Virus record (IMG/VR): IMGVR_UViG_3300047160_006104
Location: 29,865-93,864 of that record
Length of the DNA: 64,000 nt
Strand: one strand, 5' to 3'
From: a virus
Lineage: Duplodnaviria > Heunggongvirae > Uroviricota > Caudoviricetes
Under the pieces are notes generated by a model, which worked only from the letters and a program-made list of their open reading frames with translations, had not been told where the DNA came from and did not search any database. The position numbers were made by a program, and so were the translations under genes. Below, one piece after another: positions 10,624 through 20,187 of this stretch. Every line of letters starts with the position of its first letter. Positions within the stretch are counted from its first letter, which is position 1.

Positions 10624-10826
10624 TTCCGCGCCGCCTCAGCGGCCCCGTTCTGGGTGGAAAAAAACGACATCACCGTATCAAGCTGCTCATGCAACGCTGA
10701 TACCTGCTTCTCGTCGAGCACCAACGTCGTTGTCGTTGTCTGCTCGTCATAGCTGGGACGCATCACCCGGCCCGGGATCTCCACACCAACCTGCTTGATC
10801 TGCACTGCCATAGCGAAGCCTTTCAC
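10620..10826 (-). CDS. hypothetical protein
   Basis: 68-aa ORF translationally coupled to neighbours. Confidence 0.45.
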   Translation of the reverse strand: MKGFAMAVQIKQVGVEIPGRVMRPSYDEQTTTTTLVLDEKQVSALHEQLDTVMSFFSTQNGAAEAARK

Positions 10827-11080
10827 GCGTTCTTTTTCTCAAGCGCCTGATCACGCAACTGAAATTTGTACTGATACACGCGTGAACCGGACAATCCCGT
10901 CGCGTCTTTGAGTGAACCGACCAGCACCCCGTCGTCGAACGCCCCGCGGATGGCTTCCCCTAGTTCCTTTTCGGTTACCTCCACGGCTTTACGCTGGCGT
11001 ATCAATTTAGCGGTGATAGGCCGCAGCTCTTTGACCCATTTCTCTGTGACCGCGGGGTCGGGTCTCTTGCGTTTCGCCAC
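10823..11080 (-). CDS. hypothetical basic protein (possible DNA-binding)
   Basis: 85 aa, Lys/Arg-rich N-terminus. Confidence 0.5.
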   Translation of the reverse strand: MAKRKRPDPAVTEKWVKELRPITAKLIRQRKAVEVTEKELGEAIRGAFDDGVLVGSLKDATGLSGSRVYQYKFQLRDQALEKKNA

Positions 11081-11155
11081 CGCACCGTCCTTAATTTATG
11101 CTGTTACTGAACCCCATCATAGCAGCGTGATGGCTTAAAAGGGGTGCGTAAGGCA

Positions 11156-11344
11156 CTAGCTCACATTAAGCCGAACCAGGCAGGGGTGCGCGGCCCGACG
11201 CCCGGTGGCCGGGTTGATGCACGCGTCGAACGGGGCGGCGCCGCAGCGCGGGCAACCGTTAGCGGCCACACCCGCGTAGGCGGCAGGCAGCCCGCGGTCA
11301 AGCGAACCGACCACATCAAGGTAAAGCTGACTAACCGCTCCCAT
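11156..11344 (-). CDS. small zinc-ribbon protein (CPRC..C)
   Basis: 62-aa ORF with CxxC motif. Weak support. Confidence 0.3.
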   Translation of the reverse strand: MGAVSQLYLDVVGSLDRGLPAAYAGVAANGCPRCGAAPFDACINPATGRRAAHPCLVRLNVS

Positions 11345-11435
11345 ACATGTAATTTTGCCAGCGCATCACAACAGTGCGCAAACGACGGCGCGTCAAACCC
11401 GTAAACACGCGGTAACGGCAGTAGCGTGCTGGCTT

Positions 11436-12002
11436 ATGCGTGAACGCGCCACCAAAATCACATTCCTGGGCCAACAAGACCTGCCGATCAGCGATCTGAA
11501 ACCTCACCCCGACAACCCCAACCGCGGATCCGTCCCGCACATCGCTGAATCATTACGGGAATTCGGTCAATACCGCGGGATTGTGGCCACCAAAGACGGC
11601 ACCATCCTGGCTGGCCATCACGTCGTGGAGGCCGCCAAAGGGGTAGGAATGGACACCATTCGCGTCGATATCATCGACACCGACGAGACCACCGCCAAGA
11701 AAATCTTATTGGCTGACAATCGGCTGGCTGACCTGGGCCTGGGACCTGACCTGGGCCTGCTGCTGCGTGACTTGGAGGAACTGGCAGGTGACCTCACTGG
11801 GACCGGCTACGACCAGGAGTACATCAAACTACTTGAGGACGCGGTCATCGGCCCCCCTGAAACGCAGAAAGACCCTCCGTCAGATAGCGGGATGCGTCAT
11901 ATCAGTTTGAATGTGGACGAGGATTTAGCGTTGCAGTGGGACGCTCACCGGAAACTGTTCACCGATGATAATTCCGCGTTGGGGTATCTGCTCGGTGGGT
12001 AA
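11436..12002 (+). CDS. ParB-like nuclease domain protein
   Basis: 'LKPHPDNPNRGSVPHIAESLREFGQYRGIVAT..GTILAGHHVVEAAKGVGMDTIRVDII' = ParB/Srx N-terminal domain. Leaderless start immediately after conserved 'GGCAGTAGCGTGCTGGCTT' promoter box (TAGCGT -10). Confidence 0.65.
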   Translation: MRERATKITFLGQQDLPISDLKPHPDNPNRGSVPHIAESLREFGQYRGIVATKDGTILAGHHVVEAAKGVGMDTIRVDIIDTDETTAKKILLADNRLADLGLGPDLGLLLRDLEELAGDLTGTGYDQEYIKLLEDAVIGPPETQKDPPSDSGMRHISLNVDEDLALQWDAHRKLFTDDNSALGYLLGG

Positions 12003-12043
12003 CGCTGCCGTCTGACCTGCCGCGACATGAACTGCATGGAGGA

Positions 12044-12778
12044 ATGATGATTGATTTCGAAGACGAGGCCGCCAAAGCCGAGCAAGCCACCATCAAAGCG
12101 CAGCGCCAATCCAACGCCGGGGTGTCTTTCATCGAGCATCAGGTCAATTCGTGGACTGAGATACGGCAGTTTTTTGACGACTCGAAAATGTTCTCCGACA
12201 ATCTGGAAACCCCGAACGGTCCCGGCTCGACGGTGGCGTTGACGCAGAACGTGCGGGAGTGGCTACCGGAGATGTTCCAGCGTTACCGCATCGAAACGAT
12301 GCTGGACGCGCCGTGCGGCGACCTCAACTGGCTGCATCTGGTCGATTTGGGTGAAATCGAATACCTCGGCTGGGATTGCGAGCCGACGCTGATCGACATG
12401 GCCCGCTCCCACGCGAAACCGAACATGTTTTTCGAGCGGGTCAACCTGCTCACCGTCCCGCACATCCCGTACTTCGACCTGATCCTGTCCAGGGATTTTC
12501 TGGCGCATCTACCTAACGAGCCGATCAGCGTCATGCTGCAAAAATTCAAAGACTCCGGCTCACGGTATCTGCTGACCTCCCACTACCCCGGCGCGGACAA
12601 CGTCTTCGACTACCAGCCGGAGACGTGGAGTTGGTTCGGCTACGCCGAACGGGCAGTCAACTTCTGCAAGCCGCCCTTCGACTTGGGCGGAAAACTCGAC
12701 AGTGTTCAGGAACAGGAAGGGCCGGCCGGCAACATCAGCGAACCCCATGAACTGGCACTGTTTCGGCTCAATGATTGA
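12044..12778 (+). CDS. class I SAM-dependent methyltransferase (paralog of 27088..27774)
   Basis: RBS GGAGGA. Motif I-like 'MLDAPCGDLNWL', motif II 'FDLILSRDFLAHL'. ~55% identical over core to minus-strand paralog. Confidence 0.55.
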   Translation: MMIDFEDEAAKAEQATIKAQRQSNAGVSFIEHQVNSWTEIRQFFDDSKMFSDNLETPNGPGSTVALTQNVREWLPEMFQRYRIETMLDAPCGDLNWLHLVDLGEIEYLGWDCEPTLIDMARSHAKPNMFFERVNLLTVPHIPYFDLILSRDFLAHLPNEPISVMLQKFKDSGSRYLLTSHYPGADNVFDYQPETWSWFGYAERAVNFCKPPFDLGGKLDSVQEQEGPAGNISEPHELALFRLND

Positions 12779-13154
12779 GCAGTCTGCATTCGTGTACCAC
12801 CCGCGGCGAAAGCGGGTCAGCGGTGTGGGCCGACATCTGCAGCACCCGTTCGGTGCGCCCGATCACCCCAGCGTTCTGCAACGCGTGCAGCATCCCTGTG
12901 CTTTCACCCCATTCGCGGACGAACACGTGCCCGGGGCGCGGTTTTTCGCCACTGTCACGTAAACACACCGTCGCTTCGCAGTCCACTCTGCCGTAGCGGT
13001 CCAGCACCGTCAGCTTCGCCGACCCGTCGCGGTAGTGTCCGACCTTCACGTCCATCGCCTTATCATCGCAAATCTGAAGGCCTTGTTCCGACAACGACAC
13101 CGCCGCCCGCGCAGCGTTTCTCTTCCGGCCCGTGCACCCAGAACCGCCAGACAC
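12768..13154 (-). CDS. hypothetical protein
   Basis: ORF only; internal start at 'MDVKV' possible. Confidence 0.35.
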   Translation of the reverse strand: MSGGSGCTGRKRNAARAAVSLSEQGLQICDDKAMDVKVGHYRDGSAKLTVLDRYGRVDCEATVCLRDSGEKPRPGHVFVREWGESTGMLHALQNAGVIGRTERVLQMSAHTADPLSPRVVHECRLLNH

Positions 13155-13229
13155 GGTTTTTGTTGTCCCAGCGCACCGGCTGCAACTTGAGGCATTTCGG
13201 GCAACGCATCTTAGGCATCAGTGAACGGC

Positions 13230-13880
13230 TCACCCATTGGCGTATCCCAGTTGTGGGCAGTACGCCTTAATGGACACGTCGACGATGGACAGCGCCTGCG
13301 CCAACGTCAGCAGCGGCTGTTGGTGGCGCAGCCTCATCCCGGTCTGTTGCGCGCTGTGTCCAGCAGCGATGTAGGCGCATTGGTCGTGGCCGGTCCTGAT
13401 CCACGCGGCTGGGTCGCGGATAGAACCAAACCCGGTTTCTTGAAGAAACAGCCGCACATACAGGTCGTCGTCGTCGGCTGCCGCCGCGGCGGGTGGCTGC
13501 GTCACAGTGTCGGGCAGCGCGGTCTGTGTCACGGTGGCCGGCGCCGGCAACACCAAAGTGTTGGTTTGTGTCACGGTGGCTATCACCGCCCGAGCGGTAT
13601 GACCCCACGGGGGTTCATGCCAGCCGGGTTGGATGATCGCGATCGCTAGAGCCCCTGCGACCACCGCCAACCCGGCCCCAGCGACTTTGAGGCCAGCGCG
13701 GGTCCACCACGGCTGCTCAACAGACACCGAAGGTGTTGACGTGGTCGGCGGGTAATCGTAGATCGGTTGCGAATCGAATTGCTGCGACCAGGCCCGGCGG
13801 TGAGTGACGGCCTGATCGGGTGAGATCACATCGGTGAGCCGCTCATCCTGTTCGTCGCTGTATCCGTCCCAATCCACCAT
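13230..13880 (-). CDS. single-pass membrane protein with DUF732-like C-terminal domain
   Basis: Leaderless ATG right after TATAAT. TM 'LKVAGAGLAVVAGALAIAII'. Thr/Pro-rich linker. Confidence 0.5.
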   Translation of the reverse strand: MVDWDGYSDEQDERLTDVISPDQAVTHRRAWSQQFDSQPIYDYPPTTSTPSVSVEQPWWTRAGLKVAGAGLAVVAGALAIAIIQPGWHEPPWGHTARAVIATVTQTNTLVLPAPATVTQTALPDTVTQPPAAAAADDDDLYVRLFLQETGFGSIRDPAAWIRTGHDQCAYIAAGHSAQQTGMRLRHQQPLLTLAQALSIVDVSIKAYCPQLGYANG

Positions 13881-13910
13881 CCCAGAATTATACACCACCG
13901 GGCTGGCATC

Positions 13911-14372
13911 CTACGATAGGCTTCGGCCCCTGGTGTGATGGTTACGCCGCGGCGGCGGCGACACATCATCAGACAACAACACCATCTGCCCCGCCTGACG
14001 CGTCAACGGGATTCTCGCCGGATCCTCCCTAGAACGCAGATACAGACCATGACGACGCGCCGTGGATAACGATGTATCCGCCGAATCGCTCACCCAGCCA
14101 TGACACGCATGACACAAATGCACAATGTTCGCCGGGGTCCAGCCGCCCCCCACCGAGCGGGGAACGCGGTGATGCATTTCGGTGGCCCGCGCTTTGCAGC
14201 AATATTCACAAACCCCGCCGGAACGGTTACTGACCGCCTCACGCACAGCCTTCTCATCCCACATGAACGCAGGCTGGCCTGACATCGGACACCACACACC
14301 TTTGTCCGCGTGATGAACCGACAACACGCCATCAACGACAGGGGCCGGCCGAGCGCATTCAGGACACAACAC
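13911..14372 (-). CDS. HNH endonuclease
   Basis: 'CEYC..HHRVPRSVGGGWTPANIVHLCHACH' HNH core. Confidence 0.6.
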   Translation of the reverse strand: MLCPECARPAPVVDGVLSVHHADKGVWCPMSGQPAFMWDEKAVREAVSNRSGGVCEYCCKARATEMHHRVPRSVGGGWTPANIVHLCHACHGWVSDSADTSLSTARRHGLYLRSREDPARIPLTRQAGQMVLLSDDVSPPPRRNHHTRGRSLS

Positions 14373-14538
14373 CGCAAACCTGTTCTGTCAGCCACTGCTG
14401 CCCGGCGCGGCGCGCGTCGGTCTTACGTGTATATAGCTTCGGCCCGTAATACATCGCGCCTCCCGGGGTCGCGTACGTCCACCGATATTTACCGCTGGCG
14501 GTTTTCTCCACATCCAACTCGCCGCCGGGAGTCATCCC
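14359..14538 (-). CDS. hypothetical small protein
   Basis: ORF 14359..14658. Most plausible start at internal Met (MTPGGELDVEK...). Confidence 0.3.
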   Translation of the reverse strand, partial: GMTPGGELDVEKTASGKYRWTYATPGGAMYYGPKLYTRKTDARRAGQQWLTEQVCGVVS

Positions 14539-14682
14539 AGATACCCCGCGAGCAGCCGACCTAGATACAACACCGCATGAGCGAACGCTAACTGTCCCGG
14601 ATCGGTGACACCGGCCAGGTTCTCCATCGCGGTGTCGTAATGCTGCGCCGGGGTCCACCGCACATCCGCGGGCCAGTCGTCG

Positions 14683-14967
14683 TCACTGGGATTGCTCATA
14701 GCGGTCCCGCTCCTTGGGGTCGAAGAACACGATCGGCCACGCTGGTTTCACTCGTTGACCGTTCCGCAGGATCGCCCACCGACACAGAATTGAGCGGGAA
14801 TGCGGCATATCCCACCGCTGCAAGACCCCGTCGTGGAAGAACGCGATCACCACGGGGCGGCGTTTCACGTCCCAGCCCACCCAACCCAAGTCGTCGTTGT
14901 CCAGCACGCGGCGCTGCGCCCCAGTCAGCCGTGCACGGGCATTGCGGGTATGCATTTCGACTGTCAC
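14683..14967 (-). CDS. hypothetical protein
   Basis: GTG start 7 nt after TATAGT -10 with TGCCAGC box upstream (leaderless). Confidence 0.45.
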   Translation of the reverse strand: MTVEMHTRNARARLTGAQRRVLDNDDLGWVGWDVKRRPVVIAFFHDGVLQRWDMPHSRSILCRWAILRNGQRVKPAWPIVFFDPKERDRYEQSQ

Positions 14968-15047
14968 ACACCAGACTATAAAGCATCATGCTGGCATCTC
15001 GGCGTGTCTGACAGGACGTGTCGGTGCCCGGCAGTAGCGTCTGGCTT

Positions 15048-15923
15048 ATGAGTTGGATTGCGCGAGGACAAATAGGTTTCATCGAACCAGGCAGTCCCGA
15101 CCATGCTTTGTATATAAGCCCCAGCAAGGTCGCCTCCATCTGTGGGGTGTCGCGCTGGGAATCACCGTTCGCGCTGTGGAACCGGATGAAGCACCTGATC
15201 GCGCCCAAACCCCATCAGCCGTCGTTCGATGTCGGGTTGGCGATGGAGTTGGCGATGGCGCAACTGTGGAAGATTCAGCATCCCGGCTGGCGGCTCTCCC
15301 CGGGTGAGGTGCAGTACCACACCGACGAGTTCGGTTTTCCGGCGTTGGCGACCCTCGACCGCCGCGCCACCAGGGGCTCTAAACAGCGCATCCTCGAGAT
15401 GAAGATCGCCCGCGATCTGGGCGAGCTTGAGGCGTGGGGCGACCCGAGTCTGTCTGGGGACGCGCCCACCGACTATGTACTGCAGTGCATCGCCCAGCAG
15501 TTACTGACCGGACTGCAGGAACCTCTGGATTTGATGGTGTTAGGCCCGTATTACAAGGAACGGATTTACACGATCGAGTTCGACGAGACCATCGCCGGCT
15601 GGATGGTCAACCAGTGCCGTGACTTCTACGAGTCGCTGGCCGGTGATCAACCCCCGCCGCTGGATGACAGCGTGTCCTGCTACGACGCGGTGCGTGAACT
15701 GCATCCCGACATCGACGGCTCAATCGTGGAAGTCCCGATAGAGCTCGCTGAGCAGATCACCGACCTGCGTGGCGAGATCGGACCGCTGGAGGCGAAATTA
15801 CGGGGCCACAAATCTGAGCTGCTGAGCTTGATGGGCCGCGCTCAAACCGCTACCGCTAACGGGGTGCCGGTGGCGCGGCGCCAACCACACGCCCGCGGCG
15901 GCGTCGCCTTAGTGGTGCTGTGA
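15048..15923 (+). CDS. YqaJ-like (lambda-exonuclease family) recombination exonuclease
   Basis: 'SKVASICGVSRWESPFALW' YqaJ N-terminal signature. Leaderless ATG after conserved 'GGCAGTAGCGTCTGGCTT' box. Confidence 0.65.
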   Translation: MSWIARGQIGFIEPGSPDHALYISPSKVASICGVSRWESPFALWNRMKHLIAPKPHQPSFDVGLAMELAMAQLWKIQHPGWRLSPGEVQYHTDEFGFPALATLDRRATRGSKQRILEMKIARDLGELEAWGDPSLSGDAPTDYVLQCIAQQLLTGLQEPLDLMVLGPYYKERIYTIEFDETIAGWMVNQCRDFYESLAGDQPPPLDDSVSCYDAVRELHPDIDGSIVEVPIELAEQITDLRGEIGPLEAKLRGHKSELLSLMGRAQTATANGVPVARRQPHARGGVALVVL

Positions 15924-16576
15924 TGCATAACATTTCTGGCATGGAACCCCAGGCCTTTCAGCTGGCTATCGACGACGGCATCGTCACCCCAGAAACACCA
16001 CGCAGAGAACCGGCGCTGGTTATCCCTGACGGTCGGTTTTCTACGTTTGTGGCTGACCCTCCTTGGCAGTACGGCAACACGTCGACTCGTGGTTCTGCTG
16101 AAGACCATTACCGCACCATGACTATCGAGCAGTTATGTGTTTATGACTGCGAGGGTGCCGGTTTGGTGCGTGACCTGGCGGCGCCGCAGGCGCATCTATA
16201 TCTGTGGACGACCGCCGGGCATCTGCCGCAGGCGTTTGAGGTGATGGAGGCGTGGGGTTTCGACTACAAGACGTATCTGGTGTGGTGCAAGCCGCAGATG
16301 GGTATGGGTAACTACTTTCGGGTGTCCACCGAGCTGGTGCTGTTCGGGGTGCGCGGCGGCATGCGTACCCGCGCCCTGGACATGATGAACTGGTTTGAGG
16401 CCCGCAGGGGCCAGCACAGCGCCAAGCCGCTGTGCTTCTACGACCTGGTGCGCAAGGCCAGCCCCGGCCCGTACGCGGAGTGCTTCAGCCGCTGTGTGGC
16501 CGCCGACACGCTGGACGGCACCTGCACCTGCTCCAAATGCAGGCTCGGCTGGACGACCTTCGGGGACCAGTCGTGA
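15920..16576 (+). CDS. MT-A70 family DNA N6-adenine methyltransferase
   Basis: 'FVADPPWQYGN' DPPW catalytic motif. 'HLYLWTT', 'HSAKP'. Overlaps exonuclease stop. Confidence 0.75.
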   Translation: MMHNISGMEPQAFQLAIDDGIVTPETPRREPALVIPDGRFSTFVADPPWQYGNTSTRGSAEDHYRTMTIEQLCVYDCEGAGLVRDLAAPQAHLYLWTTAGHLPQAFEVMEAWGFDYKTYLVWCKPQMGMGNYFRVSTELVLFGVRGGMRTRALDMMNWFEARRGQHSAKPLCFYDLVRKASPGPYAECFSRCVAADTLDGTCTCSKCRLGWTTFGDQS

Positions 16577-17007
16577 CTGGTTATAGATGTGGCGACTTGC
16601 GTTGGAAGTGCAACTTGAAAGGGTGTTACATCGAGCAACTTCCAAATTGGGACGACATCATCGCCGTGCTGCCCCGCGGTATCCGACCAACTGACATTGA
16701 TGGTGGATGGGAAATGAATGGGCACTTCATCTTCATCGAAGAAAAGTCCGCCGGCAAGTCACTAGAAAATGGGCAACGGCGGTTCTTGATGGGACTCAGT
16801 CGGCAACCAAACACGACTATCGCTGTCATCAGGCCGATCATCGGCGAACCCATCGGTATGCAGGTTCTGTGGATGCCTGAGCCCAACGGGTTTCAGAACA
16901 CGACCAGACAAGAGTTCCTTGATGCAGTACGAGACTGGGGAACCTATGCCGACACGCATGAACCTCGGGAGTGGCGTTATACCGATTGCAGCGCGTTGAT
17001 ACTTTAG
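16573..17007 (+). CDS. VRR-NUC (PD-(D/E)xK) nuclease domain protein
   Basis: GTGA overlap with methylase stop. 'PTDIDGGWEMNGHFIFIEEKSAGKSLENGQRRFL' matches VRR-NUC D..ExK..Q pattern. Lower GC than surroundings. Confidence 0.55.
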   Translation: MTGYRCGDLRWKCNLKGCYIEQLPNWDDIIAVLPRGIRPTDIDGGWEMNGHFIFIEEKSAGKSLENGQRRFLMGLSRQPNTTIAVIRPIIGEPIGMQVLWMPEPNGFQNTTRQEFLDAVRDWGTYADTHEPREWRYTDCSALIL

Positions 17008-17111
17008 CGAACCTGCTTCTGTTTTATATAACCCGGTGTACGTGCCAGCCGAAACCGAAATACCGTTGCTTACGTTATCGCAGGGGTGTGACAAAAACGG
17101 TGTGCGGAAAA

Positions 17112-17330
17112 TTATTCTGTGACACAATGCGGACCCTTTTTCCTATTGCATGAGCGGTGCGCCAAATGCAGATTAGAGAAGTCTTCAAGATCGCCAGTGC
17201 CGCCTGCACAACGTGGCTTGAAGTGTTCGATTTCAAATGGGTCGTCTTGCTCTTCAGGGTCGTTGCATAAATAGCAGTTAGGGCCATCACGCAGTGCGAT
17301 GGCTGCGACCAGAGTTAATGAGTCGCGCAT
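17112..17330 (-). CDS. small HNH endonuclease
   Basis: 'CYLC..EIEHFKP..GG..NLHLAHRSCNRKKG'. Sits in low-GC patch. Confidence 0.55.
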   Translation of the reverse strand: MRDSLTLVAAIALRDGPNCYLCNDPEEQDDPFEIEHFKPRCAGGTGDLEDFSNLHLAHRSCNRKKGPHCVTE

Positions 17331-17809
17331 CAGTCAACCTTCCGAGGAAAGTTGACCTCAAGTTCGGCACCGGTCCAGTCATCCGTGGCACCCAGCTCAC
17401 GCACTCTAACCATGGTTGCTTCCCAGCCCGACACAACGCGGTCTTGAACGGCGACGCTCCGTCGCTGCTTGCGGATCTCTGTGTCGATCTGCGGCAAAGT
17501 AGCTAATGAAGTAGGAACGGCGAACTCTTCACCCGTCTCCAGATCCTTGGGCCAGACCATTCGGGGCAACGACGCGTATTCCATTCCGGGCAGCGAGATC
17601 TGCAGCGAAAGTCCCTGCCGCTGTGCATCTCTGAAATTCTTCTTGACCGCTTCCTGGTCGCGCAGCAACGCCGCTCGTGCTGCCTGCTCGATGTAGTGTT
17701 CAATATCGCCCGAGGCTTCGATTATCGCGGCCGGGATGCTAACCGTTTCATCGTGGCTTAGCTTCTCGGCCACTCGTACGATGGCGCGGCGGGTAATTAG
17801 GTTACTCAT
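17330..17809 (-). CDS. hypothetical protein
   Basis: 159-aa ORF overlapping neighbours by 1-8 nt. Confidence 0.5.
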   Translation of the reverse strand: MSNLITRRAIVRVAEKLSHDETVSIPAAIIEASGDIEHYIEQAARAALLRDQEAVKKNFRDAQRQGLSLQISLPGMEYASLPRMVWPKDLETGEEFAVPTSLATLPQIDTEIRKQRRSVAVQDRVVSGWEATMVRVRELGATDDWTGAELEVNFPRKVD

Positions 17810-18662
17810 TTGTTGTGTCCTCCTTAAGGTAGACGCGAATCCGGGTTGCTGCCGCAGTGAAGTGCTTAGCGGTTTTCTCTAACTGTTTGCGGTATTCTTT
17901 TTTGAGCGGCGCATCCACGGTCGGCAATTCGGCTGCGGCTTCTTCCGCCTCGATGGCTAACTGTTCGAGTTCACCAGCGGCTTGGGTGAACGGCAGCCAC
18001 AGCGCCATCTCAGCCATGGCTGCCTTCTGTTCAAAGTCCTGCGCGATGCGGTGCGCTGCGTCCAGAGTGAGATCGCCTGAGATGACCTTCTGGGGCTGCT
18101 CAATGAACACGGCGAACTCTGGGCCGAGAGAGTCGGCGCGCTCGGCAACATCAAGGACCGCGCCAGCCTTGGCCATGACGTTGCGCCAGTTGTCGCTATT
18201 CACGGAATCATGAATATCGACGCTTGTGCGCTTCCAGCGCCCGTTTTCGCGGCGTCCGGCTGCTTGTAGCACTACTGCTGTTACCATTGCCCGCTGACCG
18301 GTCGTCATGTTGCGCCGTGCGACATTGGCAGCGATCACGTACTCGGCGATGTCCTCGCCTTCATATATTTCGGTGGTGGCCTGGACCCGAGCACGATTGC
18401 ACGCTTCTAACCGGTTACGTCCGTCAATGATCAACCCATCTTGTGTGATCACAATGGGGTGAAGTAGTCCGATCGTGCGGATGGATTCGGCGAGTTCATC
18501 AAGTTCGGAATCTGGCAATAATGGGAAATTTTCGGCGTACGGATGCACACCAACGATCTCCGCCGTCATTGGTTGGCACCCAGCGGATCGCGATACTCTT
18601 CGCAGGTTAGAGAACTGTCGGCAGGCAAGGCGAAACCTTTCGGTCTCGGCTGGCACATACAC
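17802..18662 (-). CDS. ParB-like N-terminal domain protein
   Basis: 'LLPDSELDELAESIRTIGLLHPIVI..GLIIDGRNRLEA' ParB/Srx fold. C-terminal helical domain. Confidence 0.6.
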   Translation of the reverse strand: MYVPAETERFRLACRQFSNLRRVSRSAGCQPMTAEIVGVHPYAENFPLLPDSELDELAESIRTIGLLHPIVITQDGLIIDGRNRLEACNRARVQATTEIYEGEDIAEYVIAANVARRNMTTGQRAMVTAVVLQAAGRRENGRWKRTSVDIHDSVNSDNWRNVMAKAGAVLDVAERADSLGPEFAVFIEQPQKVISGDLTLDAAHRIAQDFEQKAAMAEMALWLPFTQAAGELEQLAIEAEEAAAELPTVDAPLKKEYRKQLEKTAKHFTAAATRIRVYLKEDTTNE

Positions 18663-18861
18663 CGTGTGTTTTACGCCAGTCCCGCAGGGAGTGCCACTGG
18701 CGAAATCTTTAAAAAGCTAGCTTGTTCCGGACTGTTCCGGCGGGCATCCGCTATTTGACGCCCGGACCCTGCGGTTCGTCGAGCATCGTAACGCCGCGCG
18801 CCACGCGCGCGGCGTTACGACACGCCGCTTTGGCATCGAACGGGTCAGTACGGAACGTGCA

Positions 18862-19056
18862 ATGCTCGTTGTTATGTCTGAGTGTGGCACCGATCTGATC
18901 GGATCGACGGAAGCCTGCCGCCTCCTCGACATCGACAAGAGGACGTTGGTGCGCTGGATCTCCGCAGGCCGCGTAATCCCGGCGTACAGGCTTCCTGGTA
19001 AGAACGGTGCTTACCTGTTTCGCCGCGCGGACATCGAAGCGCTTGTAGTGGGGTAA
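18862..19056 (+). CDS. excisionase/MerR-like HTH DNA-binding protein
   Basis: 'EACRLLDIDKRTLVRWISAGRVIPAYRLPGKNGAYLFRRADIEAL' matches Xis/MerR winged-helix pattern. Confidence 0.5.
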   Translation: MLVVMSECGTDLIGSTEACRLLDIDKRTLVRWISAGRVIPAYRLPGKNGAYLFRRADIEALVVG

Positions 19057-19086
19057 GGACCACTGGAGCAGCGGGGTTACGATCCG

Positions 19087-19130
19087 TGCAGGTCAGCTTA
19101 TGCGCGCCGCTGACCTGCATCGCGCGTTTC
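19087..19130 (+). terminator. rho-independent terminator-like hairpin
   Basis: Perfect 11-bp inverted repeat tgcaggtcagc/gctgacctgca followed by T-containing tail, just after HTH gene. Confidence 0.45.
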
Positions 19131-19159
19131 GCAGAACTCTCCTAGCAGCGCGCTGCTAT

Positions 19160-19219
19160 GTTAGCGAACTTCACGCTAGTTCACGCTAGTTCACACCACT
19201 TCACGTCAATTCGCGCTAG
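19160..19219. repeat. tandem array of 10-bp iteron-like repeats (TTCACGCTAG x2, TTCACACCAC, TTCACGTCAA, TTCGCGCTAG)
   Basis: Five to six head-to-tail copies with exact 10-bp periodicity, read directly from the sequence. Confidence 0.7.
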
Positions 19220-19455
19220 CTCCGCAGGTAGCACCAGCCGACACCCTATAAAGTGACGGCGTTGTCAGATGCCAGCCTAGTGGTATGTTTGTCATATATC
19301 GCAAACGAGAGGATTCCGCTTTTGACACCTGAAGAAGCCGGTCGCGCGGCCGCCGACAAGGCGCTCGAAGAAACCGGCGCAGAACAAATCGTCGCCGACG
19401 CCGCCCGCCGGCGACAAACCCAGCTCGAAAACCTCGAAGAAAAGGAGCACACCAA

Positions 19456-20187
19456 ATGACACTTCCAGCCAGAGTGGTCGAACGTGACCACACCCTCGCT
19501 AAGTCGGCCGACGAGCTGATGAAGCTGCGTTGGCATTGGACCCTCGACGAGTCCAACGCCAAGCGTGTCGGATTCAGCGAGTACGCCCGGTCTGTCGGAC
19601 GCGATGAAGCTCAGATCCGGCGTGACGCCAAAGCGTGGGACGCTTATCAGCAAATGCGCAATTCGGAGCCATCCGGCCGAAACGCGAGGGCAGGAGCTGC
19701 GCAAACGCCGAGTGATTTCCGTGAGTTGTCTCGGCTCAGCGAACAGAAACAGCAGGCAGCCAAGGCGGTCGCGCGGACTACCGGCCACACGGTCGGCACG
19801 GTCGCGAAACACAAGCGCGCCGAGGTCAGCGAAGTTGTCGCTGTCGCTCAGGAACGTGCTTCTCAGCGCGGCACCACCGTGGAGTCCGAGATCGAGGAGG
19901 TCGCCGAGCGGCGCGAGAAGGCCCGCAAAACGTCGGCCAAACTCAAAGACGAGCACAAGGAACGCCACACCGCGAAATACATCCAGATGGAAGGCGATCT
20001 CGGGGTAGCGATGCAGCGCATCCGCAAGGTCCTTAACGACGCCCAGGGTGTGAAGTTCAGCGACGAGGAGCGCGAGCTGCTCACCGAAGCCCTCGCGAAG
20101 CTGCGGGCGCTACTCAACCTGGTGGACCTGCGGATCACCGGTGAGACAGATATCGACTGGGACGCCGAACTGGAAAGGATTAGCTGA
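19456..20187 (+). CDS. hypothetical protein (charged, helical)
   Basis: 243-aa ORF downstream of TGCCAGC-type promoter at ~19270. Confidence 0.5.
   Translation: MTLPARVVERDHTLAKSADELMKLRWHWTLDESNAKRVGFSEYARSVGRDEAQIRRDAKAWDAYQQMRNSEPSGRNARAGAAQTPSDFRELSRLSEQKQQAAKAVARTTGHTVGTVAKHKRAEVSEVVAVAQERASQRGTTVESEIEEVAERREKARKTSAKLKDEHKERHTAKYIQMEGDLGVAMQRIRKVLNDAQGVKFSDEERELLTEALAKLRALLNLVDLRITGETDIDWDAELERIS

Noticed and set aside
15920-17007. Restriction-modification system (methylase + nuclease)
   Set aside because: The nuclease is a small VRR-NUC domain protein, not a restriction endonuclease. The methylase looks like an orphan MT-A70.
19160-19219. Possible CRISPR array
   Set aside because: Repeats are only 10 bp with no spacers. 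This is an iteron-type tandem array, not CRISPR.
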